This document shows positions 9,507 through 20,003 of a stretch of DNA of 64,000 nucleotides, one piece after another. The position numbers and the translations under genes are program-made. Source of the DNA: an uncultured Nitrospiraceae bacterium. Lineage in GTDB: Bacteria > Nitrospirota > Nitrospiria > Nitrospirales > Nitrospiraceae. The stretch spans positions 352,001 through 416,000 of the forward strand of contig CAVSTP010000004.1 in assembly GCA_963730935.1 (NCBI GenBank), given 5' to 3'. Numbering within the stretch: the first letter of the stretch is position 1; each line of letters begins with the position of its first letter. The notes under the pieces were generated by a model. It had not been told where the DNA came from. It saw only the letters and a list, made by a program, of their open reading frames with translations, and ran no database searches.

Positions 9507-11764
9507 CTAGTCCGAGATTGTGATTGTGATCGACGTAGCGGTCCAATCGGCCGGCGGAGCAGCTGGTGCAGGCGCGCAATTTCCGCCACCACTGCAGTGG
9601 ATGCCGTGGGCAAGGCATCCGGAATCGGCGAAGTCGAATTCGCGGCTGCCGGAAGTCCGGTGAGGGATTGCCCAGCCTCGGGCTGAACCGGAACGCTCTC
9701 CCCCGGCACATGTGGACTGCTGTCGGGGACCGTCAGAATTCCGCGCGCCGCCACCGAAGTCAGTTGCTGCCTCAGCGACTGCATCCCGCTGGCGATTGCT
9801 CGGGTCTTCAATGTGACTGAGGTGTTCTCTGACGCGCCTTGCAGCGACGTGATGCGATCGCGGATCATCTGCGCCGTCTGAAGGTCCGTACTGCTGAAGA
9901 CACGGATCGTGTCCGTGCCCTTTGGCGGACTGTAATCCCAATAGAACCCCGCCTGATTCCCCGGTTTGAGCGAATCAGGAATCAGCACGGCTTCTCCCGC
10001 CCGCAGAAAACCGTCACCGTGGTACTGGCGATTCTGGTAACTGTTGGGGAACAAGAGATTGACTCCACCCTCGGAATCGACGTCGACAATGGTGACATAC
10101 GAATCGGCGCTGACCCGCACTTCGAGTTGCAGACTGTTCTGTTCGGATCGTGGCTTTCCTTGCTTCCGGATGCGATATTTCACCGCCTGAGTGTCGCCCA
10201 CCACCTTGATTCCGCGTGTGCTGACGCTGCCTTTGGTCTTGGTGGCAGAAGCCACGCGAACGTCTACCTTCAGCTGAGAAGATGGGTTGTCCAATGTCAG
10301 CAGCTCTGAGGCGTTCGAAGACCGCGACACGACCGTAGCGACGCCGGCGCCCCAGGGCTCGCGCACTCCGAATGTCCCGACGACTTCGAGTCCGTCTGCT
10401 GCGAGGAGGCGCACGGTATCTCCCTCCATGTCGACGGCGAACCTCGCCGGCTGCTCGGGTCCAACCAGATCGACATCCTTAATATTCGTGCGCAGGGTTT
10501 CTTCAATCACATGCCGGCTGTCCGGCGGCACGTCAAGAATGCGAATGGGAATCCGTTGACCGGTCGGCGGAGGAAGCAGCGCAATGGCGCGTGCACCGGA
10601 AGGGATCTTGCCGGCGGACGCTTGGAGCTTTGCGACGACATCTTTGCCGCTCACTTGCGTGACGCTGGCGACTGCGAGTGCGCGCCCAGGCAGAAATCTC
10701 GTTTCGCCGGGTGGATAGAGGGACCACGTGGAACCTGGGGCAGCACCCAGCAGCGTGCCATTGATCAGCGTCACCGTTCCTGCAGAGCCTGGTTGCACCT
10801 CGAGCCACGCGCGCCTGGCGGGGACCTGGCCAGCGGATTGACCACCGACGGACGGCGAGTCCAGCAAAGCCGTTTCCAACAAATTGGGAGGCGCTTCCAA
10901 TTGAGGCTCGGGCATGGAACTGCGGCCGAAGTGCGCCTGGATACGTTTCAACTCACGTTCGACCCCTGAGAACACCTCTCGCGGGGAGGCGCCGGAGGGA
11001 GCCTGGCTCAAACTTTTCGACAGCGAGTAGGTAAAAAACCCGTGATAGCGGCCGTCGACCGGACCGTCGAGGGCTTCTTGATGGGAAGCTGCGCCGGTCA
11101 TCACCACGTATCGTGACGTGATGACCGGCACGATCGCCCTCGTTTTCGGTTTTGCATCTTCCGCCTTCCTGTAGATGTCGATGCGCATATCTCGCGGGAT
11201 TGAGCGTGTCCGAATATCGAGGGACCTGGTTGCCGTGCCCGAGTGGCAGGAGTCCAGAACAATCATGGCGGTCTTTGCGCGCAAACGGGCGAAGATGGCG
11301 TCCAATTCATCGTCGGTGATGTCGCGCACATCTCCTGAACGACCGTCTTGTGGCACGAGCGTTTCATCGAGATGGTCCTCTGGTTCGTCGCCGTTGAGAT
11401 CCTCCACCTGCGAGCCGTGGCCAGAATAGTGGAAATAGACGGTGTCATTGGGGCCGGCCTCTTTCACTAGCTGCTCAAGCGCGGCCAGCATGCCTGCTCT
11501 TGTGGCGGCGTCGTCCGTGACCATCGTGATGTGGCTGTCAGCAAAGCCCCATCGTGTGATCAGAATCTGCCGGATCGTTTCGATATCGTTGAGCGATCCT
11601 TGCAGCCTGGGGACGTTCTTATATTTGTTGATGCCGATCAATAGGGCTCGTTTGACGCTGGCGCTGTCCTGAGATTCAACGCCGAGCGGGAGAAGCATCG
11701 AGGCCGCCGAGCAGGTCAACACCGATACCGCAAAGATGAACCATGACCGGCGAAGAGCAGTCAT
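9507..11764 (-). CDS. Exported caspase-family (peptidase C14, metacaspase-like) protease with C-terminal DUF4384-like domain; probable frameshift near 9580
   Basis: Signal peptide; RALLIGINKY..LQGSLNDI, YFHYSGHGS (His), LDSCHSG (Cys), DLNGDEPEDHLDETLVPQD loop; DUF4384-like YVTIVDVDSEGGVNLLFPN; a plausible C-terminus DWTATSITITISD* is in the alternate frame ending at 9507 (track ORF ends at 9488). Confidence 0.88.
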
Positions 11765-11826
11765 TGACCAACACCTCTTTGGTGACGCACTGGATGCTCG
11801 TGAGTCGATATCGGCCCTTCGCCGGT

Positions 11827-12486
11827 TCACTGTTGGACCAGTTGGGCCGAGCGGACGACATCGCCTTGCTCACGCAACAGAGCAAGCGCAGCGGCTGGAT
11901 CGTCGGTGCGCAAGCCGATAGTGAACACGCCGTCTGCCGTCGGACCGTCCACGATCCTGGCAGGCAGTCGTTCAAGCAACGACCGGATGCTTGCTTCAGT
12001 GGCAGATGGCTGGAACCGAACGTGGATCTTCGTCTGTGTCTGCATGACTACGGAACGGCTGGACACCTCGTTCCGCTCGTCCGGAGGCAACGTCACCCAA
12101 AGCAAAAGCCCCATTTGCGCGACCAATAAGAGGGCGGCCAAAGTCGGTACCCACTGAGGCACGAGGAGCGACCGGAACCAGCGGTCCAAGCCTGCGGCCC
12201 AGGATGCGTCTTGATGCGCCTGATCGTGACCAATAGTGTCAGCCGCCACCCGCGCCATCACCGATCTATAGATACGAGGGGAGGGCTCGGCTTCCTGGCG
12301 AGACAGCTCGGTCAGCGCTTGGCGGATCTGAGTGAGATCTTCCAGTTCACGGTTGCAGTCTCGGCAGGATTCGAGATGTCTCGCGACTCGCTGCTGATCA
12401 GCCTCTCCGAGCGTACCTGTGGCATACCAAGGCAGCAACTGGACCTCCGGATGCACGCCGGCCGGCAAGGTGTCAGGATCGCTCAT
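11827..12486 (-). CDS. Anti-sigma factor with zf-HC2 zinc finger, one transmembrane helix and an extracytoplasmic domain
   Basis: LLPWYATGTL...HLESCRDC motif; hydrophobic helix WVPTLAALLLVAQMGLLLWV; overlaps the stop of the sigma gene. Confidence 0.85.
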   Translation of the reverse strand: MSDPDTLPAGVHPEVQLLPWYATGTLGEADQQRVARHLESCRDCNRELEDLTQIRQALTELSRQEAEPSPRIYRSVMARVAADTIGHDQAHQDASWAAGLDRWFRSLLVPQWVPTLAALLLVAQMGLLLWVTLPPDERNEVSSRSVVMQTQTKIHVRFQPSATEASIRSLLERLPARIVDGPTADGVFTIGLRTDDPAAALALLREQGDVVRSAQLVQQ

Positions 12487-13064
12487 CGGATCGGCTCCGT
12501 CTGGCCCAGGTGTGCAAGCTGTTCTTTAAGCCGCTGCTTGGCATAGTACACGCGCGTCTTCACCGTATTGGTCGGGATGCCGAGCAAGGTGGAAATTTCC
12601 TCATAGGGTTGTTCCTCATAAAACACGAGCCGCAGGATTTCCCGGTGCTCTCTCGTCAGCGCGGCCATGGCCCGTTGTGTCAGCGTCGCAAGTTGATTGC
12701 GGAACACGCCTTCATCAGGACGATCATGCGGATGAGGAAGATCGACCGCGCCATCCAATGCGATTTCTCGCTGGCGGCGGCCCGAGCGTCTGATCGCGTC
12801 GAGAGCCTTGTGCCGGGCGATCCCGAATATCCAGGTGGATACCCGTGACGTGCAGGCGAACGAGCCGGCCCCCCGCCAGACGGCAAGCATGGTATCGTCT
12901 ACAACTTCTTCCGCCAACGATGCATCGGAAACGAGCGTCTGCACGTACTGATATACCCGTTTTTCGTAAGAGTGGTAGAGGCGCTCAAATGCTGGTCGAT
13001 CACCATGGGCCACCGCCGCAAGAAGATCATTCTCCGACGTGTCTTTGACGTGTGTCGCGTCCAT
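12483..13064 (-). CDS. ECF-family RNA polymerase sigma-70 factor
   Basis: GDRPAFERLY, AEEVVDDTMLAVW, STWIFGIARHKALD (region 2); YEEISTLLGIPTNTVKTRVYYAK (region 4). Confidence 0.93.
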   Translation of the reverse strand: MDATHVKDTSENDLLAAVAHGDRPAFERLYHSYEKRVYQYVQTLVSDASLAEEVVDDTMLAVWRGAGSFACTSRVSTWIFGIARHKALDAIRRSGRRQREIALDGAVDLPHPHDRPDEGVFRNQLATLTQRAMAALTREHREILRLVFYEEQPYEEISTLLGIPTNTVKTRVYYAKQRLKEQLAHLGQTEPIR

Positions 13065-13079
13065 CGGGGCCTGAGTTCA
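13054..13079 (-). promoter_or_regulatory. ECF-type promoter variant TGAACT-N16-CGAC overlapping the sigma start codon
   Basis: One mismatch to the motif repeated across the island; exact 16-nt spacer. Confidence 0.5.
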
Positions 13080-13187
13080 AGAGAATCGAGACCCTTGAGC
13101 GGCCTTGCTGTAGCACATTTTCGGGAACCCCTCAATAGACGACGTTGATTGACCGGCCGCCACGAGCGTTCTACAATGCCTTGTCGC

Positions 13188-13213
13188 TGAACCTTTTGCC
13201 GTGTTCTCCCGAC
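13188..13213 (+). promoter_or_regulatory. ECF-type promoter TGAACC-N16-CGAC
   Basis: Exact motif 28 nt upstream of the 13242 ORF. Confidence 0.7.
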
Positions 13214-13241
13214 GTACGGGACAGCACGGGAGGGCGAGATC

Positions 13242-14958
13242 ATGATCATCCTGGGTTCGCAGCGGAAGAAGGGGACGGTCAACGGGCAACCTCTTTTCCT
13301 GATCCTGCTCGGTCCGCTCGTGCTCAGCTCCTGTGCGGCAGCGCCATTCCTCATCCCGGTCGCCTTCGAATTTGCAAGAAATCTGTTTCAGACCGGCCTC
13401 TCCAACTACGGCTCCAAACATCGCGACAATTTGAGCAACCTGGTCAACCGGCTGTCGAGCCCGTACATGCAAGGTCTGCCGCCCATGCAGATCGGTGCCC
13501 CGGGCATGCCAGGGTTTGGTGCACCATCGGCCGTTCCCGGACAGCCTGGTTTTCCCGGACAGCCTGGTTTTCCCGGACAGCCTGGTTTTCCCGGACAGCC
13601 TGATTTGTCCGGACAGCCTGGTTTGTCTGGCCAACCCGGTTTACCTGGCCAACCCGGAGTGCCGCAAGGGTCCGTTCCGGTCCAACCGGGAATGATCAAT
13701 CCCAACAATCCGTACGGCACTGTTCAGCAGAATAACCCTGCTGTGACGCAGTATCCCGGCATGTCCACCATTCCCGGCAGTACGGTGACTCCCTATGGCA
13801 CTCCGCAAGGATATCCTTCCCAGCCTGGAATGAACCCGTACGACCCGAACAATCCATACGGGTCGGCGGCCATGAATCCGTATGGGCAAACTTCGAACCC
13901 GTATGGCCAGAATCCCTATGGGCAACCAGCTAACCCGTATGGAACACCATCCCCCTATGGGTCGCAGAATCCCTATGGCACATCGCCGCAGGGCGCGTAT
14001 GGTTCGAATCCCTATGGGCAGACGAACCCTTATGGCCAAGCGAATCCCTATGGCCAAACGAACCCTATGGCCGACGAATCCCTATGGACAAACGAACCCG
14101 TACGGCGCGACGAATCCGTATGGCAGCACGGCATACGATCCCAACAACCCCTACGGCAACAACCAAGCCCAGCCCGGGTATGGACAGGCTTACGGGCAGC
14201 CGCAAGCAGGCTACGGCACCACCTCTCCATACGGTATGCAACAGACTCAGCAACCCTACGGGGCTTACGGATCGACCCCGCAACCGTATGGGTCACAGCC
14301 GTATGGCGCGTCTCAGTACGGAGGACAGCAGCCCTATGGAGCGACAGGCATCTATCCGCGCGGACTTGGCGCCGAGCCGGTCGCGGTAGATGTCGCACTC
14401 GTGCGTCAAAAGCAGACTTCCAAAGGCAAAGAAGTCGTCCTCATGAATGACGGTGAGGTGCTGAAAGACGGCGGGGCCAATCCTGAAGCCGGTGATCGGT
14501 TCAAGATTGTCATTCGCCTGAACTGCGACTGTTACCTCTATATCATGTCCATCGATGGCTCCGGCTGGGCCGAACCGGTGTTCCCGAAAAAAGACGGCAA
14601 GACGGTCAATCCCGTCAAGAAGGATCAGGAATATGCCTTCCCCGAAGGAGCCCAATGGTTCACGTTGGACCAAATCAAGGGCATCGAGTCGTTCTTCGTC
14701 GTGGGGGCAGCCAATCGCCGGACCGACCTCGAAGAAAGCTTCACTCAGATCGGTGCGGAAAAGCGGCCGGATACGAAGATCGTCGCACGCGTGGAGGAGG
14801 CACCGGTCATCCCTCGGGGCGTGGCTTCGGTCACAACGCGTGGCATCCTGGCGGTCAAGGATGAAACCGGCACTTCGATCCAAGTGGCGCCTCTTTCCTA
14901 TTCGGCGGACCAAGCCGGACAAGATGTCACCGTGACTCGCTGGTTTAAGCATGAATGA
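13242..14958 (+). CDS. Lipoprotein with PGQPGF/NPYG low-complexity repeats and C-terminal DUF4384-like domain; frameshift near 14071
   Basis: Lipobox LSSC; ORFs 13242-14450 and 13882-14958 join if one A is restored in the repeat unit (tatggcc[a]gacgaat); C-terminal GDRFKIVIRLNCDCYLYIMSIDGSG..VFP. Confidence 0.75.
13536..13660 (+). repeat. Coding 18-nt tandem repeat (CCCGGACAGCCTGGTTTT; PGQPGF)
   Basis: Three near-perfect copies plus several degenerate ones, with no spacers. Confidence 0.9.
13700..14340 (+). repeat. Degenerate coding repeats (NPYG / QPYG)
   Basis: About 20 PYG-type units. Confidence 0.8.
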
Positions 14959-14970
14959 AAGGGCAGCACG

Positions 14971-15861
14971 ATGAAGCCACATCGTTGGTGCATCGTCGTC
15001 GGACTTAGCGCGGTTCTCGTGCATGGGGCCGGTCAGGCTCAAGTGTTCCCGCCCCGACAGCCCCAGCCCGCTCCTGCTCCACCGCCGGTTCCCCAAGGGC
15101 AAGCACCGAGTCCAGCTGCCATGCCGCAGCCGCCCGCAACGCAGCCGGGAAGTCTGACCAAGAGCATTCCTCTCGTCGCGATCTTGGGTGATCCCACGAA
15201 ATCGTTCATTCAACTGGGGAACATGCGAAGCCCGTTCGACTCAAATTTTTCGCTGGGCCGAGGACTTACGGGGCGTATCGCCTTGGAAAAATACACCTAC
15301 GAAGCCGGCAACGGACAGAAGGCTTTCGTGCACGTGACCGGGATGTCCAATCCGCCGATCGTGACCGTGGAAGGGCCGGAGGTCCGCTATCAATTCTTGT
15401 TTCCGACCATTCAATTCAAGACCTACTATAAGGACTATTCAGGGGAGGGCGATTCGGCGTTGAGCGATCTGGTGGCCGAAAAGGTCATGGTCGACGTGTT
15501 CCTCTCTCCGACCATCGATCAACGCCGTTTTCCGACGTACCATTCAATTCGTATCGCGATCACCGGAGGCGTCAAGGAAGCGGAGAAGTGCACGCATTTC
15601 TTCGACATTATCTTCCCGATCAACATCTGCAAGGTCGCCAATGAATACTTCCGTCAAGTTCAGCCCGCGCTCGAGAACGGCATGCGTGAAATTATGCTTC
15701 AGCCGCAGACGAGAATGCAGTTCGAGCAGCAAGTCGCCCAATATATCCGCGGGGACCTTCTGACCACTGCCGGCATCAACCCAATGAGCCCCGCCCAGGT
15801 CGAAATTCTGCAAGCGGAATTCCGAGGGGCGGACTACATCGCCAATTACCGGCCGCGCTAG
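14971..15861 (+). CDS. Exported hypothetical protein with Pro/Gln-rich N-terminus
   Basis: Signal peptide ending AGQA; follows the DUF4384 gene by 12 nt. Confidence 0.7.
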   Translation: MKPHRWCIVVGLSAVLVHGAGQAQVFPPRQPQPAPAPPPVPQGQAPSPAAMPQPPATQPGSLTKSIPLVAILGDPTKSFIQLGNMRSPFDSNFSLGRGLTGRIALEKYTYEAGNGQKAFVHVTGMSNPPIVTVEGPEVRYQFLFPTIQFKTYYKDYSGEGDSALSDLVAEKVMVDVFLSPTIDQRRFPTYHSIRIAITGGVKEAEKCTHFFDIIFPINICKVANEYFRQVQPALENGMREIMLQPQTRMQFEQQVAQYIRGDLLTTAGINPMSPAQVEILQAEFRGADYIANYRPR

Positions 15862-15991
15862 CTCCCTCTTCTCCCCCGGTCATTACAGGCTCGTTGTTCC
15901 CATAGATGAACCTTCTTAAGGGATCGGTGTGTGCTATACTGCCGCCTCTCTCGCGTCCTGTGCCATGCAACCGGTTTGCAAAGGCAGGCAC

Positions 15992-18900
15992 ATGATTCCA
16001 ACCGTCAGGCGTTCCGCCGTCTTATTCCTCCTTTTATGGCTCCCTGTCGCGTTATCCACCGGGTGTGGCTGGTATTACATGTTCTCCAGTCCATCGGTGC
16101 CTGAATATCGATCGCCGTCCGACGAAGACATCCAAAAAATGACCAACCGGATGATGGGCAAGGCGCCCAAACGGGAAGCGCCTCTGACCACAGACGGCGT
16201 GCAAGTCGTGTTTCAAACGGGGCACACCGCTACCATCCGCACGCTCGCCCTCAGCCCGAACGGCCGTTACATCGCGTCCTCGGCTGGTGACGCCACGGTG
16301 AAAATTTGGGACGTCGCCAGCGGGCAGGAAGTGCGGACGCTCACGGGCTACGGAATGCTGGGCGCCGATACGCTCGTCTTCAGCCCCGACAGTACCCGTC
16401 TCATTGCAACCGAAATGGGAGCCGGATTGAAAATGGTCGAAGTGAACACCGGCCGTGAAGTGCTCGCAGCCGGTGCCTTGATGGCCAGCGGGGCGGTGGT
16501 GAGCGCCGACGGACGATTTGCCGTCGCACAGCAGAGCGATGCGAAAGCGGCCGCTAGCCGCTTCCTGAATGTGCTGAATCAATCGCTTGCCGTCATCCAG
16601 CTCACGAGCGGTCAAAACGTCTGGACGCTTCCAGACTCGGAATCTCAAACGCCACTCGCACTCAGCGGTGACGGGAAAATCCTATTGACGAGCCGGCTGG
16701 ATACCAAGACGTCGACCTCGATCGGTTCGACGATTGGATCCATGTTCGGCTTTGGAACGCCGGATTTGCCGACCATACAGCAAGAGCTGCTGCTCTGGGA
16801 TGTGCCTGCGAAGAAACTCCGCAAGAGCTGGTCGGTTAAGAACATGGCCGAAGGGGCAGGCGGGAAAATCTCTCCGGATGGACGCTGGTTCCTTCGTGAA
16901 GACATGGCGACGCGACGGCTTATCCTGACGGACCTCGAGACGGGGAAACCAGTCCAGACGATCTCGACCGGTGCCAGCGCCACGAGCGGGATGACCAACA
17001 GTCTTGGATTCAGTCCCGATGGACGCCTGGCAACATTTTCTACGAGCGATGGCACGACCAGGCTCCTCGAAATTCCCAGTGGACGGCTACAGTCCACGCT
17101 CCACTCAACCGCCGTCGGCTTCAGCCAAGACGGCAAACAGCTCGTTTTGGCATTGGAAGGCGGAGGCGCGCCGTTCCTGCGCGACACCTCGAGCGGACAA
17201 GAAATTCGCCTGACAGGCGGCGGCAGCGGTATTACGGAACTTGCGGTGGGGCAACAGGGCCGCTTTCTCGTGGCCGCCATGGAAGGGGGCAGCGCCAAGT
17301 TGTGGGATCTGGCCACGGGTCAAATTCTTCGCACGTTCGAATGTCCAGGCGGGACGGGAGCGTCGTCGGTTGCCCTTGCCCAATCCTCGGCGTTGCTTGC
17401 GACCGGCTGCGCGGACGGGTCGGCTTGGTTGTGGGATGTCAACAGCGGCCGGCAACTTCAGAGTCTCTCAGCTGCGTTACCTTCCGGAGAATGGTTTCCT
17501 ACCACTGTGCGCTTGACGCAGGACGGTAGGAATGCAGTCGTCACAATGCGCGATCAGTTGGTGGTCTGGGATCTCTCGACAGCAAAGGAACAACGGCGAA
17601 TTGCGATTCCACGTGGCCAGCTTCCAAGATCGATGGACATGATCGGGAATCCGGAAGCTGGATACGAAGGACTTCCTGCGGAATATCGCACCAAGATGAA
17701 GGATCGGATGCCGGAGCAGCCGCAGATGGATCCCGCGATGATTGCGAAGATGAAGGAGACGTCGCATTGGATCCGAACGATTGCTCTGCATCCCAACGGA
17801 CAGATTGCCGCGGTAGGCCGTTCGTACGAAATCAGCCTCTGGGACCTGAAGGCCGGCGCTCTCCTGCGCCGGTTTCAGGACACCAGCAAACAGGAGGCGA
17901 TGGCGCGGCGACAAAAGCAGCAGGCGGAGCAACAGCGATATTTTGAAGAGGCCAGCAGCATGAAATCGTTGTTGCCGTTCGGCCTGGGCATGCCTTCCCG
18001 CCCTCCGGCTATGGACTCTGGTGAGATTGTGCAAATGGACGATCCGTCCGAGGTGATGGAGTTGATGGGAGATATGGGAGGTGAAATCAACGGGGGCACG
18101 AGTTTGGCTTTCAGCCCAGACGGTCGCCTGCTGCTCAGTGATGGGGTAAGGGGAAAAGATCTCTGGAATGTCGCCGATGGCCGTAAGATTCGTCCGCCGA
18201 AACCCCCGCGGGCATCCGGCTTCGATCCGATGAGGATGATGGCCAACATGGAGTTCAATATCGGGGGTTTGGGTGTCGCCTTCAGCCCCGATGGCCGGTT
18301 GGCTGCACGGGGTCACGGAGAAGTGATCAAGGTCTGGGATGTCGCCAGCGGACAAGATCGATTCGAATTGATCGGGCATACCGCCGCCGTAAAGACTCTT
18401 CAGTTCTCAGCGGATGGCCGCTCGTTGATCAGCGGCGGGAGTGACGGGGCCGTGCGCCTCTGGAATCTTCAGAGCGGAAAAGAACAAGCCGCCCTTATCG
18501 CGCTTGGCCGCGAGGACTTTGTGGCGGTGTTGCCGGACCAATACTATCGAGCCTCGAAAAGCCGCATCAAAGGCGTGTCGTTCCGCGTGAAGGAGCAGTT
18601 GTACCCCTTCGAGCAGTTCGATTTGCGGTTCAATCGTCCTGACATTGTGATGACTCGACTAGGGATGGTCTCACCGGACGTCGTACAAAGCTATCAACTT
18701 GCCTATGCACGGCGGCTGAACAAAATGGGGATGACGGAGCAGATGCTGGGCAGGGAGTTTCACCTGCCGGAACTGGAACTGCTGACGACGGATGTGCCGG
18801 TTTCTGTCGGCGCGCCGAGCTTGACGCTCCGCGTGAAGGCCATGGACAGCAAATACGCTTTGGATCGCTTGAATGTGTTCGTCAATGACGTGCCGGTATA

Positions 18901-19951
18901 CGGAACGGCCGGATTGTCGCTGGTCAGCAAACGGCTTCAAGCGCATGAACAAGACATCGAGGTTCCCCTGGTGTCGGGCCGCAACAAGATCCAGGTTTCC
19001 GTGCTCAATCAACAGGGCGTGGAATCATTGAAACAGACCGTCTATACGTCCTCCACCGCACAGTTGGCGCCTCCCGAAGTGTACGTCGTCGGAGTCGGGG
19101 TCAGCGAATACAAAGACAAAGCGTACAACCTTCGTTACGCCGCCAAAGACGCCAACGATCTTGTGGCCGCGTACAAGGCCCTCGAACAGCGGGAGGGAAT
19201 ATCGAGCCAGGTGCATGTGCTGAACCTGACGGATCAGAAAGCGACTAGGTCGGGCATCGTGCAGGCGAGGGAGTGGCTCAAAGCGTCCAAGGTGAACGAC
19301 CTGGTCGTGGTGTTCGCCGCCGGGCACGGGATGACCGACGAGAAGTCCGATTACTACTTTGGAACCTACGACATCGATCCCAAGCATCCGGCCGTCAACG
19401 GCTTGCCGTATCAGGAATTCGAAAATCTGCTGGACGGCATCCCGGCGCTCCAGAAAGTGTTGCTTCTTGATACCTGCTTCTCCGGCGAGATCGAAAAGGA
19501 CCAACCGGTCGTCGTCGCTCAGGCTGAAACAGGAGCCTCCGGCACGGTGAAGATGCGGGCATTCAAAGCCGCCAGAGGCGTGTCGGTCGTAGCCGATGAG
19601 CCGCAAGCCCCAACGGGCACCGCGACGAGCGGACCTCGATTGTCGAACGAAATGCTGCGTTTTCAGCAGGACTGGTTCGCCGACCTTCGGCGCGGCACCG
19701 GCGCCGCGATCATCTCAAGTTCGAGCGGCAACGAGTACAGCCTGGAAGGCGAGCAGTGGAAGAACGGCGTGTTCACGTATTCGCTGCTCAATGGGCTAAA
19801 GAATCACCAGGCCGATACGAATAAGGATCGAGTGATTACGGTCAGCGAGCTGCAGGCTTACGTGATCGACCAAGTCCGGAAGTTAACAGAAGGTGGCCAG
19901 AATCCAACCGTCCGACGGGAAAATTTGGAGAGCGATTTCGTCGTGTATTGA
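15992..19951 (+). CDS. Lipoprotein: WD40 beta-propellers plus C-terminal caspase-family (C14) domain
   Basis: Lipobox LSTGC; many GH...WD repeats; VFAAGHG and LLDTCFSG dyad; NGVFTYSLLNGL; ends GGQNP. Confidence 0.9.
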   Translation: MIPTVRRSAVLFLLLWLPVALSTGCGWYYMFSSPSVPEYRSPSDEDIQKMTNRMMGKAPKREAPLTTDGVQVVFQTGHTATIRTLALSPNGRYIASSAGDATVKIWDVASGQEVRTLTGYGMLGADTLVFSPDSTRLIATEMGAGLKMVEVNTGREVLAAGALMASGAVVSADGRFAVAQQSDAKAAASRFLNVLNQSLAVIQLTSGQNVWTLPDSESQTPLALSGDGKILLTSRLDTKTSTSIGSTIGSMFGFGTPDLPTIQQELLLWDVPAKKLRKSWSVKNMAEGAGGKISPDGRWFLREDMATRRLILTDLETGKPVQTISTGASATSGMTNSLGFSPDGRLATFSTSDGTTRLLEIPSGRLQSTLHSTAVGFSQDGKQLVLALEGGGAPFLRDTSSGQEIRLTGGGSGITELAVGQQGRFLVAAMEGGSAKLWDLATGQILRTFECPGGTGASSVALAQSSALLATGCADGSAWLWDVNSGRQLQSLSAALPSGEWFPTTVRLTQDGRNAVVTMRDQLVVWDLSTAKEQRRIAIPRGQLPRSMDMIGNPEAGYEGLPAEYRTKMKDRMPEQPQMDPAMIAKMKETSHWIRTIALHPNGQIAAVGRSYEISLWDLKAGALLRRFQDTSKQEAMARRQKQQAEQQRYFEEASSMKSLLPFGLGMPSRPPAMDSGEIVQMDDPSEVMELMGDMGGEINGGTSLAFSPDGRLLLSDGVRGKDLWNVADGRKIRPPKPPRASGFDPMRMMANMEFNIGGLGVAFSPDGRLAARGHGEVIKVWDVASGQDRFELIGHTAAVKTLQFSADGRSLISGGSDGAVRLWNLQSGKEQAALIALGREDFVAVLPDQYYRASKSRIKGVSFRVKEQLYPFEQFDLRFNRPDIVMTRLGMVSPDVVQSYQLAYARRLNKMGMTEQMLGREFHLPELELLTTDVPVSVGAPSLTLRVKAMDSKYALDRLNVFVNDVPVYGTAGLSLVSKRLQAHEQDIEVPLVSGRNKIQVSVLNQQGVESLKQTVYTSSTAQLAPPEVYVVGVGVSEYKDKAYNLRYAAKDANDLVAAYKALEQREGISSQVHVLNLTDQKATRSGIVQAREWLKASKVNDLVVVFAAGHGMTDEKSDYYFGTYDIDPKHPAVNGLPYQEFENLLDGIPALQKVLLLDTCFSGEIEKDQPVVVAQAETGASGTVKMRAFKAARGVSVVADEPQAPTGTATSGPRLSNEMLRFQQDWFADLRRGTGAAIISSSSGNEYSLEGEQWKNGVFTYSLLNGLKNHQADTNKDRVITVSELQAYVIDQVRKLTEGGQNPTVRRENLESDFVVY

Positions 19952-20003
19952 TGAAGGTCCGCAACTGTTCGGCAAGCAGCGTTCACACCACAAGGAGGGC
20001 AAC

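Noticed and set aside
13077..13634. Minus-strand ORF with TRLSGK repeats
   Set aside because: It is an antisense shadow of the PGQPGF repeat; the + strand gene has the promoter motif, RBS and lipobox.
13536..14340. CRISPR-like repeat array
   Set aside because: The repeats are contiguous 18-nt in-frame coding units without unique spacers, and no cas genes are present.
15907..15932. Full ECF promoter upstream of the first WD40-caspase gene
   Set aside because: TGAACC is present, but GTGT stands where CGAC is expected, so it is counted only as a partial match.
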